From: Candidatus Sericytochromatia bacterium
GTDB lineage: Bacteria; Cyanobacteriota; Sericytochromatia; S15B-MN24; UBA4093
Direction of reading: 5' to 3'
Assembly (NCBI GenBank): GCA_036676985.1
Contig: JAKFBU010000001.1
Span: forward strand, 130,412-194,411
DNA: 64,000 nucleotides
Part shown: positions 18,153 through 29,060 of the stretch, one piece after another
Position numbering within the stretch: position 1 is the first letter of the stretch
Layout of the letters: each line of letters begins with the position of its first letter
Program-made: the position numbers and the translations under genes
The notes under the pieces: model-generated
The model's database searches: none
Told to the model about the DNA's origin: nothing
Seen by the model: only the letters and a program-made list of their open reading frames with translations

Positions 18153-18755
18153 TTACTCCACGGTCAGGTCGATGTCACCGATGGTCGTGATGGTGATGTA
18201 GGCCCTATCCGAATGTCCGCCGGCCTCGGCGGTGATCGTGACCTCCCCGGGCGTGGCCGTGCTCGGGATGGTCACGGTGCCGTCCTCGGCCACCACGGCC
18301 TGGGCCGGGTTCGAGCTCGTCCAGGTCACCGTCTGGCCGTGCGATCCGTCGGACAGCGAGACGTCCGCCGTCAGACGAAGGGTCGAGACGTAGCCCGGCG
18401 CGTTCGGGCCGATGGGCGATTGGGCGTTCAGCGTGGCCCGCTCCGGCGTCACGTCGACGCGCTGGACGGTCGGCGGCGTGGGCGTCGGGGTCGGCGAGGG
18501 CGTCGGCGTCGGCGAGAGGCTGGGCGTTGGCGAAGGAGTCGGCGAGGGACTGGGGCTCGGGGTCGGCGAGGGCGACGGAGTGGGGGTCGGAGCAGCGCTC
18601 GGCGCGGTCGAGGGGACCGTCGTCTCCTGGATTCCGAGGCCAGTCGTATTCTTGCGACCGAGGCCCGTGCCGGAAGGCAGGTCCTCGGGGGCACAACCGC
18701 CCGCCATGGCGACGAAACAAGCCAATAGCGCCAAAGACCCTGACCATCGCTTCAT
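18153..18755 (-). CDS. Lipoprotein with a Thr/Pro/Ser linker and a bacterial Ig-like (Big_2) domain
   Basis: Lipobox AGGC; (T/S)P dipeptide tract; [31 protein letters not shown]. Confidence 0.8.
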   Translation of the reverse strand: MKRWSGSLALLACFVAMAGGCAPEDLPSGTGLGRKNTTGLGIQETTVPSTAPSAAPTPTPSPSPTPSPSPSPTPSPTPSLSPTPTPSPTPTPTPPTVQRVDVTPERATLNAQSPIGPNAPGYVSTLRLTADVSLSDGSHGQTVTWTSSNPAQAVVAEDGTVTIPSTATPGEVTITAEAGGHSDRAYITITTIGDIDLTVE

Positions 18756-18802
18756 CACACTCGGCTCAACAACCAATAAGCAGAAACGTTGACTAGGAAA
18801 AC

Positions 18803-18828
18803 GTTCCCTACATTGGAAATCGTTAAAC
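18803..18828 (-). promoter_or_regulatory. sigmaB/SigF-type promoter candidate for the IPT lipoprotein operon
   Basis: Minus strand GTTTAA-N14-GGGAAC. Confidence 0.5.
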
Positions 18829-18848
18829 TACAGTATAGGGGATGGGGG

Positions 18849-19634
18849 TTAGGAGGGGTCGTCCGCGGACGTCTGCTCGCCTTCGGAGAGCACGGGAAAG
18901 ACCTGGTCCGTGAAGAGGGCCACCAGTCGCGGGTCGAAGTGGATGCCCGCGAGGCCCCGGATCTCGGTGAGTGCGTCCTGGGGCTCCCATGCCTGGCGGT
19001 AGGGCCGTCCATGCGTCAGGGCCTCGTAGGTGTCCACCACCGCGAGGATGCGCGCCGGCAAGGGGATCTCGTCCCCCGCGAGGCCGTCCGGGTAGCCCGT
19101 GCCGTCATAGCGCTCGTGATACCAGCGAACCCACCACGAGGCGTCGGCATTTTCCGCCACCTGCAAGGCGAGCTCCTCACCGAGCAAGGGGTGCTCCTCG
19201 AGGCGCGATCGCTCTTCCAGCGACAGTGGCCCCGGCTTGGCGAGCAAGGCGGCGAAGGCCTCCTCGCCCGCGTCGTGCAAGTACGCGGCCTCGACCAGGG
19301 TCTCCAGGTCCTCGCCCGCAAGCCCGGCTGCCGCGCCGAGGAGCCGGGCGCTCCGGGCCATGCGCTCAGCATGCCCCGCATCGTAGCCCTCGACGAGGCT
19401 CATGGCCGCCCCGCGCTCGGCGCTCGTGCCGGGGCGGGTCCGCAGCCGCGGCAGCTTGGCCGTCTTGGCGACCTGTGCCGCCTCGCGGGCCCGGCTGCCT
19501 GCACGCATGACGAGCCCCCGCACCCGGGCCCAATCGAGGCCGGGGAGCGGGGGACCGAAGAGGTAGTACAGGTAGATCAGGGCCCCCAAAAGGCTGAGGT
19601 AGCCGATGACCCGGAGCAAGAGCTCGCTGGACAC
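18849..19634 (-). CDS. Membrane-anchored HD-GYP domain protein (partly degenerate)
   Basis: N-terminal TM; HAERMA, YLHDAGE, YHERYDGTGYPDGLAGDEIPLPARILAVVDTYEAL..RPYR. Confidence 0.88.
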   Translation of the reverse strand: MSSELLLRVIGYLSLLGALIYLYYLFGPPLPGLDWARVRGLVMRAGSRAREAAQVAKTAKLPRLRTRPGTSAERGAAMSLVEGYDAGHAERMARSARLLGAAAGLAGEDLETLVEAAYLHDAGEEAFAALLAKPGPLSLEERSRLEEHPLLGEELALQVAENADASWWVRWYHERYDGTGYPDGLAGDEIPLPARILAVVDTYEALTHGRPYRQAWEPQDALTEIRGLAGIHFDPRLVALFTDQVFPVLSEGEQTSADDPS

Positions 19635-19662
19635 AGGCTACCTCGAATCCTTAGGGACGGGC

Positions 19663-21765
<2,103 letters not shown>

Positions 21766-21830
21766 GGTCTCTTACTCCAAACTGCTGCGAACTCTCCCCG
21801 GTTTCGCCCCGGGCCACAAGGCCCGGAGAC

Positions 21831-21871
21831 AAAAAAACGAGGCCAAACCCCGGGGGCTTGGTCTGGTCTCG
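21831..21871 (-). terminator. Intrinsic terminator in the hppA 5' region
   Basis: Minus strand CGAG..CCAAGCCC-CCG-GGGTTTGG..CTCG followed by T7. Confidence 0.65.
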
Positions 21872-21932
21872 GTCATAAAGAACCGTTGTGATTCTAACGC
21901 TTAACCGAGGGTTCGTCTAGCCTTCACGGTTC

Positions 21933-23486
21933 CTAGGGAACCTGCTGGGGCTCGGCATGCGGGGTGTAGAGGGTCACGCGGTTGCGTCCCTCCCGCTTGG
22001 AGCGATAAAGCGCCTGGTCGGCGAACTCCATCAGAGCCTCGTCGCTGGAGGCATGGTCGGGGATCGTCGCCACGCCGATGGAGACGGCGACGTGCAGGAC
22101 CTCGCCGTTGGGTCCAGGGAGATCCGTCGCCTCGATGGCTTGGCGGATGCGCTCGGCGAGCAGCATGGCCCCTTCCTGGCCCGTCTCGGGCATGAGCACC
22201 ATCATCTCCTCGCCGCCGTAGCGGGCGGGGATGTCCAGGTCCTCGCGGACGCTCTTGCGGATGACGGCCGCCACCAGCTTGAGGACCTCGTCCCCCGTGG
22301 CATGGCCGTAGGTGTCGTTGAACTTCTTGAAGAAGTCGATGTCGATCATCATGAGGCTCAGCGGGCTGCCGTAGCGCAGGGCGCGCCGCGTCTCCTCGCC
22401 GAAGCGCTGCTCGAAGTGGCGCCGGATGTAGAGCTTGGTCAGGCCGTCGACGGTCGCGAGCTCGTAGAGGCGCGCGTTCTCCATGGAGGCCGCGGCCTGG
22501 CCCGCCAAGGCCGAGAGGAGCTGGCGATCGCCCTCCGAGAAGCTGCCCAGCCCGAGCCCGGCCTCCTTGTCGAAGACCGCGAGCACGCCGACCACGCGAT
22601 CGCGCGCCTTGATGGGCACGGCCAGGCAGTTGAAGCTGTCGAGCTCCGCGGGGATCATGAGCGGGCTGTCCCAGATCTGGCCCTCGCCGGAGGACACCAC
22701 GTCCTCGAGCCAGAGCTCATGGGACTTGAAGCGCTTGCCCACGGGCCAGTAGGTGAAGCCGCAGGCCGCCTCCAGCTCGAACTCGTCGGCGGGCTGGTCG
22801 AAGTTGACCAAGATGCCTCGCCGGGCGTTGAGGAGGGCGACGGCGTTGTCCACCAGCTCGCGGGAGATGACGGCCCGGCTCAGGCTGGAGTGGATGACGC
22901 TCGAGATCTCGTGCAGCCGCTCGAGCTCCAGGACCTTGAGGTCCAGGTTGGTCTTGAGCGAGTGGTTGTGCATGGCGACCGCGATCTGCCGCGCGATGAC
23001 GCCCAGGAGCTCGCGCTCGGTGATGCTGTAGGCCATCCCTCCGAGCTTGTCGGAGAGCATCAGGAGGCCGTAGAGCTGACCCTTCATGACCAGGGGGATC
23101 CAGAGGGTCTTCGGCAGGCTCTTGAGGGACTCCTCGTTCTGGATCAGGAACGAGCGCAGCGCCGGCTCCTCCTGGATGGTCTCGGCGTCGATGGGGGCGT
23201 CGTTGCTGAGCCAGAGGCGCTCGGCGTGCTCGTTGAAGTGCAGGCTCGTGCGCTCGTCGAGCCCGATGGCCGCGAGCATGGTCAGGCGCTTGGTCTCGGG
23301 CTGGCACTGGACCACGGCCGCCTTGGAGAGGGCGAAGGTGCCCTTGACCATGCGCAGCACCGTGCGCATGGTCCCTTTCAGGTTCGGATTGCTCGTGATC
23401 TCGGCGGCCATGTCGCTCAGGCCCGACAAGCAGATCAGCAGGCGGTCCAGGTTCTCGGCGGCGTTCTCGAGGGCGTCCGAATCCAT
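21933..23486 (-). CDS. GAF-GAF-GGDEF diguanylate cyclase
   Basis: Two GAF domains; DGLTKLY, DIDFFKKFNDTYGHATGD, ARYGGEEM, ADQALYRSKREGRNRV. Confidence 0.93.
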   Translation of the reverse strand: MDSDALENAAENLDRLLICLSGLSDMAAEITSNPNLKGTMRTVLRMVKGTFALSKAAVVQCQPETKRLTMLAAIGLDERTSLHFNEHAERLWLSNDAPIDAETIQEEPALRSFLIQNEESLKSLPKTLWIPLVMKGQLYGLLMLSDKLGGMAYSITERELLGVIARQIAVAMHNHSLKTNLDLKVLELERLHEISSVIHSSLSRAVISRELVDNAVALLNARRGILVNFDQPADEFELEAACGFTYWPVGKRFKSHELWLEDVVSSGEGQIWDSPLMIPAELDSFNCLAVPIKARDRVVGVLAVFDKEAGLGLGSFSEGDRQLLSALAGQAAASMENARLYELATVDGLTKLYIRRHFEQRFGEETRRALRYGSPLSLMMIDIDFFKKFNDTYGHATGDEVLKLVAAVIRKSVREDLDIPARYGGEEMMVLMPETGQEGAMLLAERIRQAIEATDLPGPNGEVLHVAVSIGVATIPDHASSDEALMEFADQALYRSKREGRNRVTLYTPHAEPQQVP

Positions 23487-23499
23487 GCGGGTCTCCCGG

Positions 23500-23847
23500 T
23501 TAGGCGACGGCGGCGATCGCCTGCTCCTCGGTGTCGGCCAGGGTGGCGAACTGCGCGAGGCCCATGATGGTGAAGGTCTTGGCGATGGTCTTGGTCAGGC
23601 CGCAGAAGGCCAAGGCCCCGTTGATCTCCTGGATCTTCTCGATCACCTCGATGAGGATCGAGATGCCGATCGAGTTGATCACGGTCGACTTCTCGAGGTT
23701 GATGACGAGCTTCTTGACGCCCTCGCCAACGAGAGCGAGCGCGGTCTCGCCGATCTTCTCGCCGCCCAGGTTGTTGATGTAGCCGTCGGTGTAGAGGACG
23801 GCGTAATCCCCTTCCTTGCGGACCGTAACCGCGAACTGGTTGATCAC
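23500..23847 (-). CDS. STAS anti-sigma-factor antagonist (RsbV/SpoIIAA-like)
   Basis: GTG start overlaps the upstream TGA; LVINLEKSTVINSIGISIL with the phosphoacceptor Ser; IAKTFTIMGL. Confidence 0.88.
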   Translation of the reverse strand: MINQFAVTVRKEGDYAVLYTDGYINNLGGEKIGETALALVGEGVKKLVINLEKSTVINSIGISILIEVIEKIQEINGALAFCGLTKTIAKTFTIMGLAQFATLADTEEQAIAAVA

Positions 23848-24302
23848 TGGGAACCTCCCTTTTGCCGAAGCTTCGTCATCGTAATCTGCGTCCCGGACTC
23901 GCCGGAGACGATCTCGACCTTGTCCATGAGGCTCTCGATGAGCAAGAGCCCCCATCCCCGCTTGTAGTCGTCACCCCCCATGACCTTGGCCGTGATGTCG
24001 GGGCGCGGGACCGACCCGGCGTCGAAGCCCTGACCGAAGTCCTGGATGACCAGGGTCAGCTCTTCGGGACGCATCATGAAGCGGATGTAGACCTTGCTCT
24101 CGACCGAGTTGGAGTGCTCGAAGGCGTTGATGCAGGCCTCGATCAGCGCGTGCTTGAGCTCGTCGATCTGATCGCTGTCGAACTCCATGAGCCGGGCGAC
24201 GGCCTCGGCGGTCTGCGTCGCCGTCACCTCCATGTCCGGCAGGATGGGAATGGTCAGGGTAACCTCCTGGGGGAGGTCCGAGGTGCCTGGCTTTTGGTTC
24301 AA
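23844..24302 (-). CDS. Anti-sigma factor / Ser kinase (RsbW-like, HATPase_c_2)
   Basis: LIEACINAFEHS, IQDFGQGFD, RGWGLLLIESLMDKV, GTQITMTK. Confidence 0.9.
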   Translation of the reverse strand: MNQKPGTSDLPQEVTLTIPILPDMEVTATQTAEAVARLMEFDSDQIDELKHALIEACINAFEHSNSVESKVYIRFMMRPEELTLVIQDFGQGFDAGSVPRPDITAKVMGGDDYKRGWGLLLIESLMDKVEIVSGESGTQITMTKLRQKGGSQ

Positions 24303-24344
24303 CGTCCACCTCCGGCGCGCTGCTCGGCGACACGGGACCTGCGT

Positions 24345-26591
24345 CTAGTCGACCTTTTCGAGCGGCGCGAATCGCAAGTCCAAGACTTTCTGGCCCAACC
24401 CCGGGAACGAGACGGCCAGACATGCCCGCTCGCCCGACCCGATGATCCGGGCGACCACTCCGTGCCCGAAGGACGGGTGTCGCACCTGGTCTCCGACTTC
24501 GAACGGAAGCTCGGTCTGGGGCTGGGAAGGCGCCGCGCGCTTGGCTCGGCCCCTCGCTTCCTCTATGCCCCAATCCTGAGTCCATGAAACATCGTTGTCA
24601 TCGGACCATTCGGCCCAGCGACCGCGCCTCGGGGCCTCCGGCTCCGCCACCACGGCCGTGATGGTGTACAGGAGCTCCTCGGGCACCTCGGCGAGGAATC
24701 GGCTGACCTTGGCTCCCTGCAGCTCGCCGAAGATCATGCGCCGCCGGGCGTGGCTCAAGAAGAGCCTTTGCTCGGCGCGGGTCATGCCCACGTAGCAGAG
24801 GCGGCGCTCCTCCTCGATCTCGGGCGGGTTGTCGAGCGTGCGCTTGTGGGGGAAGAGCCCCTCCTCGAAGCCGACGAGGAAGACCACCGGGAACTCGAGG
24901 CCCTTGGCCGAGTGCAGGGTCATCAAGGTCAGGCTGTTGCCCTCCTCGGCCTGGTCCAGGTCCGAGACGAGCGCCATCTGCATGAGGAAGGCTCCCAAGG
25001 ACGGGTCGTCGCTGCTCTCGCCGAACTGACGGGCCACGGAGACGAACTCCTCCAGGTTCTCCACCCGGGCGCGACCCTCGGTGGTCTGGTCGCGACGCAA
25101 ATCCTCCAGGAGGCCGCTCTCCGCGAGCACGCCCTCGAGGAGCTCGTGCACCGGCATGTCGACGCTCTTGCCGAGCCACGACTGGATCCAGAGTCCGAAC
25201 TCCTGGAACGCCTTCTTCGGCTTGGGACCCAGGCCCGCGGCGTTGCCCGCGATGGCCGCGAGCAGCATGGAGTGGTTGGCCTCTCGGGCGGCGGCCTCGA
25301 GCTTCTGGAGGCTGGTGGCGCCCAGCCCCCGGCGCGGCACGTTCACGATGCGCTGGAAGGCGGAGTCGTCCGAGGGGTTGAAGATGAGGCGGAGGTAGGC
25401 GATCGCGTCCTTGATCTCGCGCCGCTCGTAGAAGCGCAGCCCCCCGATGAGCCGGTAGGGGATGCCCCAGCGCATGAGCTCGTCCTCGAAGGCGCGCGAC
25501 TGGGCGTTGGTACGGTACAGGACGGCGATCTGGCCGTAGTCGAACTCGGGCCTGAGCCGATCGCGGATGGTCTCGACCACCCAGCGGGCCTCGGCGCGGT
25601 CGTCCTCGGCGGCGTAGACCGTGATCTTGTCGCCCTGGGCGTTGTTGGTCCAGAGCTCCTTGGGGTAGCGCTCGGTGTTGTTCTCGATGACGGCGTTGGC
25701 GGCCGCCAGGATGTTGCCCGTCGAGCGGTAGTTCTCCTCGAGCGTGATCACCGTGGCGTCCGGGAAGTCCTGCTGGAACTGGAGGATGATCCGGAAGTCG
25801 GCCGCCCGGAACGAGTAGATGCTCTGGTCCACGTCGCCCACCACGCACAGGTTGCGGCTAGCGGCCGAGAGCATGGACACGAGCTGGTACTGGGTGTGGT
25901 TGGTGTCCTGGTACTCGTCGATCAGGAGGAACTTGAAGCGCTGCTGGTAGCGCGCGAGCACGTCGGAACGGGCCTTGAGCAGCCGTACGGTGAGCAGCAG
26001 CAGGTCGTCGAAGTCGAGCGCGTTCTGGCGCTCCAGCTCGCGCTGGTAGAAGGCGTAGACGTCCGCCACCATGCGCTGGCTGTGGCCCATGGCCGCCTCG
26101 TGGAAGCCCTCCACGGTCTGACCCCGGCTCTTGGCATGGGAGATCGTCGAGAGCACCGAGCGCGGGTGGTAGGCCTTGTCGTCGAGGCCCAGGTGCGCCA
26201 GCGCGTCCTTGATGATCGTCTGCTGCTCGGAGTCGTCGTAGATGACGAAGTTGCGGCGATAGGGGCCGCCCAGGAGCTCGACGTCCTCGCGCAGGATGCG
26301 CGCGCAGATCGAGTGGAAGGTGCCCACCCACATGCCGGCCATGGGATGGCCGCGCGTGCCCAGATCGGCCGCCTCCAGGAGGGCTCCCAGGCGGTTCTTC
26401 AGCTCCTGGGCGGCCTTGTTGGTGAAGGTGACGGCCAGGATCTCCCAGGGTTTGGCGTGCCCACCCGCGATGAGACGGGCGATCCGGTGCGTCAGGACCC
26501 GGGTCTTGCCGGATCCGGCGCCCGCCAAGATCAGCAAGGGGCCCTGAACGTGCTCGACGGCCGCTAGCTGGGCTGGGTTGAGGGTGGCCAT
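24345..26591 (-). CDS. pcrA: ATP-dependent DNA helicase PcrA/UvrD
   Basis: LAGAGSGKT, TFTNKAA, DEYQDTN, VGDVDQSIY, LMTLHSAKGLEFP, EERRLCYVGMTRA; C-terminal Tudor (VRHPSFGHG). Confidence 0.96.
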   Translation of the reverse strand: MATLNPAQLAAVEHVQGPLLILAGAGSGKTRVLTHRIARLIAGGHAKPWEILAVTFTNKAAQELKNRLGALLEAADLGTRGHPMAGMWVGTFHSICARILREDVELLGGPYRRNFVIYDDSEQQTIIKDALAHLGLDDKAYHPRSVLSTISHAKSRGQTVEGFHEAAMGHSQRMVADVYAFYQRELERQNALDFDDLLLLTVRLLKARSDVLARYQQRFKFLLIDEYQDTNHTQYQLVSMLSAASRNLCVVGDVDQSIYSFRAADFRIILQFQQDFPDATVITLEENYRSTGNILAAANAVIENNTERYPKELWTNNAQGDKITVYAAEDDRAEARWVVETIRDRLRPEFDYGQIAVLYRTNAQSRAFEDELMRWGIPYRLIGGLRFYERREIKDAIAYLRLIFNPSDDSAFQRIVNVPRRGLGATSLQKLEAAAREANHSMLLAAIAGNAAGLGPKPKKAFQEFGLWIQSWLGKSVDMPVHELLEGVLAESGLLEDLRRDQTTEGRARVENLEEFVSVARQFGESSDDPSLGAFLMQMALVSDLDQAEEGNSLTLMTLHSAKGLEFPVVFLVGFEEGLFPHKRTLDNPPEIEEERRLCYVGMTRAEQRLFLSHARRRMIFGELQGAKVSRFLAEVPEELLYTITAVVAEPEAPRRGRWAEWSDDNDVSWTQDWGIEEARGRAKRAAPSQPQTELPFEVGDQVRHPSFGHGVVARIIGSGERACLAVSFPGLGQKVLDLRFAPLEKVD

Positions 26592-26755
26592 GCAGTCTCC
26601 TTGCGAGAAAGGGAGTAAGCGTGCTATTCTCACGTGACAACCCCTAGTTTATGGGCTCTGGCCGGCCACAGCAAGGTGGCGACACTCTTAGCGCCCGTCC
26701 CTCAGGGGTCAAGCTTCTGCGCAGCAAGATTCGCAAAAAGGGGACTCCCACTCTT

Positions 26756-27268
26756 ATGGACGTCAACACCCAGACCGCCGCGCCCCCCACCGTCGACGCC
26801 CTGATGGCCGAGCTTCAGACGATTCAGTCGTCCGGCTCCAAGCGCATCGCGATCCTCGGCACCCGTCACATCTCCCTGACGCACCAGCAGCTCATCGAGA
26901 TGCTCGCCTACGCGCTGGCCCTCACGGGCAACACGGTGGTCACCTCGGGCGCGGCCGGCACCAACGCCGCCGCCGTCAAGGGCGTGCAGCGCGCCAACCC
27001 GGGCAACCTGCAGGTCATCCTGCCCCAGACGCTCGCGCAGCAGTCGGCCGAGAGCCAGGAGCTCCTGAGCACCCTTCCCAACGTCCGCGAGCACGCCGAG
27101 CGCCGTCTCTTGACGCTGGCGCAGGCCTCGCAGATGTGCAACCAGGAGATCATCGACAACTGCCAGCAGCTCATCTGCTTCCTGTACCACTCGAGCCACA
27201 CCCTGATGGAGTCGGTGAAGTACGCGCAGGAGAAGCACAAGGTCGTCACGAGCTTCTACCTGGACTAG
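26756..27268 (+). CDS. Short DprA/Smf-like Rossmann-fold protein of the cyanobacterial 'DNA recombination-mediator protein A' type
   Basis: GSKRIAILGTRH, TSGAAGTNAAA, VILPQTL, CNQEII..CQQLICF..HSS.TL, KVVTSFYLD. Confidence 0.8.
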   Translation: MDVNTQTAAPPTVDALMAELQTIQSSGSKRIAILGTRHISLTHQQLIEMLAYALALTGNTVVTSGAAGTNAAAVKGVQRANPGNLQVILPQTLAQQSAESQELLSTLPNVREHAERRLLTLAQASQMCNQEIIDNCQQLICFLYHSSHTLMESVKYAQEKHKVVTSFYLD

Positions 27269-27291
27269 CGGAGTTTCGCGTCCCTTCCACG

Positions 27292-27333
27292 ACCCGCGCC
27301 GGCCTGGCTCAGGCCGGCGCGGGTCCTTTTATT
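27292..27333 (+). terminator. Intrinsic terminator
   Basis: ACCCGCGCCGGCCTG-GCT-CAGGCCGGCGCGGGT then CCTTTTATT. Confidence 0.8.
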
Positions 27334-27488
27334 GCGCCCCCTCGGTCCGCCTCAAACGATGGCCGCGTTTGGACCATCGCCCCCCAATATGGCTAAGAAC
27401 GGCTGTTGACGGCCAATGCGAGCCGCGCCATACTTTCACAAAAGTTTACGTTGGAGGCGCTGGACCAACGGACAGGGGGACAACAGCC

Positions 27489-27788
27489 ATGACCTATCAA
27501 TTCTCGATCTACAGCCGGGCGGAGGCCATGTTGTTGATGGAGCTGGCCCATGAGCACCGGAGTGAGGTCGTGACGCGGTGCCGCGAGACGAACTTCTTCA
27601 CGGAGGTCTCGGTCCACCCCGAGTACACGCAGCTGCAGGACTACTTCGACTACATGCTGCACCGGCTGCGCGAGCGCCAGCGGCAGCTGGAGGCGATCTA
27701 CCGCCGCAGCCCGACCGAGAAGCCTCCCGTGTCCGCGCAGGCGCCCGCGGATCCCTACCGGGTCTGGCAGAACCACGTGATCCTCTGA
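27489..27788 (+). CDS. Hypothetical protein
   Basis: AGGGGGA RBS, GC3-rich codons, followed by a hairpin (GTGGGACAGG..CCTGTCCCAC). Confidence 0.65.
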   Translation: MTYQFSIYSRAEAMLLMELAHEHRSEVVTRCRETNFFTEVSVHPEYTQLQDYFDYMLHRLRERQRQLEAIYRRSPTEKPPVSAQAPADPYRVWQNHVIL

Positions 27789-27830
27789 TGTGCTGGAAGT
27801 GGGACAGGCCTCTGCGCCTGTCCCACTGAC

Positions 27831-29060
27831 TTACTGAATCACCCCGCGCCGCTCGACCCAGTCGGTGCCGAGCTGGATCGTGAACTCGGTGCTGCCCACC
27901 CCGGCGACGATCACGTCCCCGTTGCCCAAGAGCTCCTGCAGGCGCTGAGCTCCCTCGCGATCGCCCCGACCCGAGATGACGTGCGATCGCTCCGCGGGCT
28001 CCGCCCGCCGGATGTCGGCCACCCGGTACCCCGCCGCCTCCAGCTGCCGCAGGAAGTCCCGCAGCGCGCTCCGAGGCAAGCCCGTCCGGTTCTCGACGGT
28101 AACCTGCGGCGTCCGGAACTCCGCGGTCGCTGCCGGCTCCTTGTGGAAGTGCCGCACCAGGAAGCTGTCGACCGCCCCGACGTCCGCCATCCAGTACCAC
28201 ACCCCGCTCGACGAGTCGTCGCGGCCGGGCAGGTAGGTCATCTCGATGTCGTTGGCCCCGATCTGCTTGAAGAACTGGGCCAGGCGCACGACCTCGACGG
28301 CGGTGAGGTCCGTCTTGGCGTACTCCTTGAGGGTCGACCACATGGCCGGCACCTTCAAGAGGTGGGCAGGCGTCAACAGCTGACGCGAGAACTCCATCAA
28401 AAAGGCTTGCTGCCGCTGAACCCGCCCGATGTCCCCCTGGTCGTCGTGCCGGAAGCGCAGGTAGCTCTCGACCTCGGCGCCCGTCAAGTGCTGGCGCCCC
28501 TTCTGGAAGTCGATGTGCAGGTTGCCCGCGTAGTCGTGGTACTCGACCCGCTTGGGGATGGTGACCTGGACCCCGCCGATGGCATCCACCAGGGCGCGCA
28601 CCCCGCGCAGGTTCAGGAGCAGGTAGCGGTCGATCGGCACGTCAAGGAAGCGCTCCACGGTTGACTTGGCGAGCTCGGGGCCACCGTAGGCGTTGGCGGC
28701 GTTGACCTTGAAGTGGCCGTGCCCCTCGATGGCCACCCGGGTGTCACGCGGGATGGCGAGCACGCCCACCTTCTTCTCGGCGGGATTCACGTGGACCAGG
28801 AGCATGGAGTCCGTGTTGCTGTCCAGGGACTTGCGCCCCTCGCCACCCATGGCGTCGGTGGCCATGACGAGGATGGTCTGCTCTCGGGGCTGCAGCGGCG
28901 TGGCGCGGGTCACCACCGGGGCTATGCTGGCCGGGGCGGGCGCGGGGGCCTGCGTCGCCTGGCCCGCATACAGGCCGACCAGGCCGCCCACCACGAGACC
29001 CGTGAGGGCGAAAGCCGCCAGCTTGCGGCGCTTGAGGCGAGGCTTGCCTTGTCCTGTCAT
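27831..29060 (-). CDS. LCP (LytR-CpsA-Psr) family protein with LytR_C domain
   Basis: TM anchor; NTDSMLL, IPRDTRV, KVNAANAYGG, RFRHDDQGDIGRVQRQQ; C-terminal VTVENRTG..QLGTDW. Confidence 0.92.
   Translation of the reverse strand: MTGQGKPRLKRRKLAAFALTGLVVGGLVGLYAGQATQAPAPAPASIAPVVTRATPLQPREQTILVMATDAMGGEGRKSLDSNTDSMLLVHVNPAEKKVGVLAIPRDTRVAIEGHGHFKVNAANAYGGPELAKSTVERFLDVPIDRYLLLNLRGVRALVDAIGGVQVTIPKRVEYHDYAGNLHIDFQKGRQHLTGAEVESYLRFRHDDQGDIGRVQRQQAFLMEFSRQLLTPAHLLKVPAMWSTLKEYAKTDLTAVEVVRLAQFFKQIGANDIEMTYLPGRDDSSSGVWYWMADVGAVDSFLVRHFHKEPAATAEFRTPQVTVENRTGLPRSALRDFLRQLEAAGYRVADIRRAEPAERSHVISGRGDREGAQRLQELLGNGDVIVAGVGSTEFTIQLGTDWVERRGVIQ

Noticed and set aside
18470-18600. Short tandem DNA repeat
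   Set aside because: It only encodes the TP/SP linker of the Big_2 lipoprotein, with synonymous variation.
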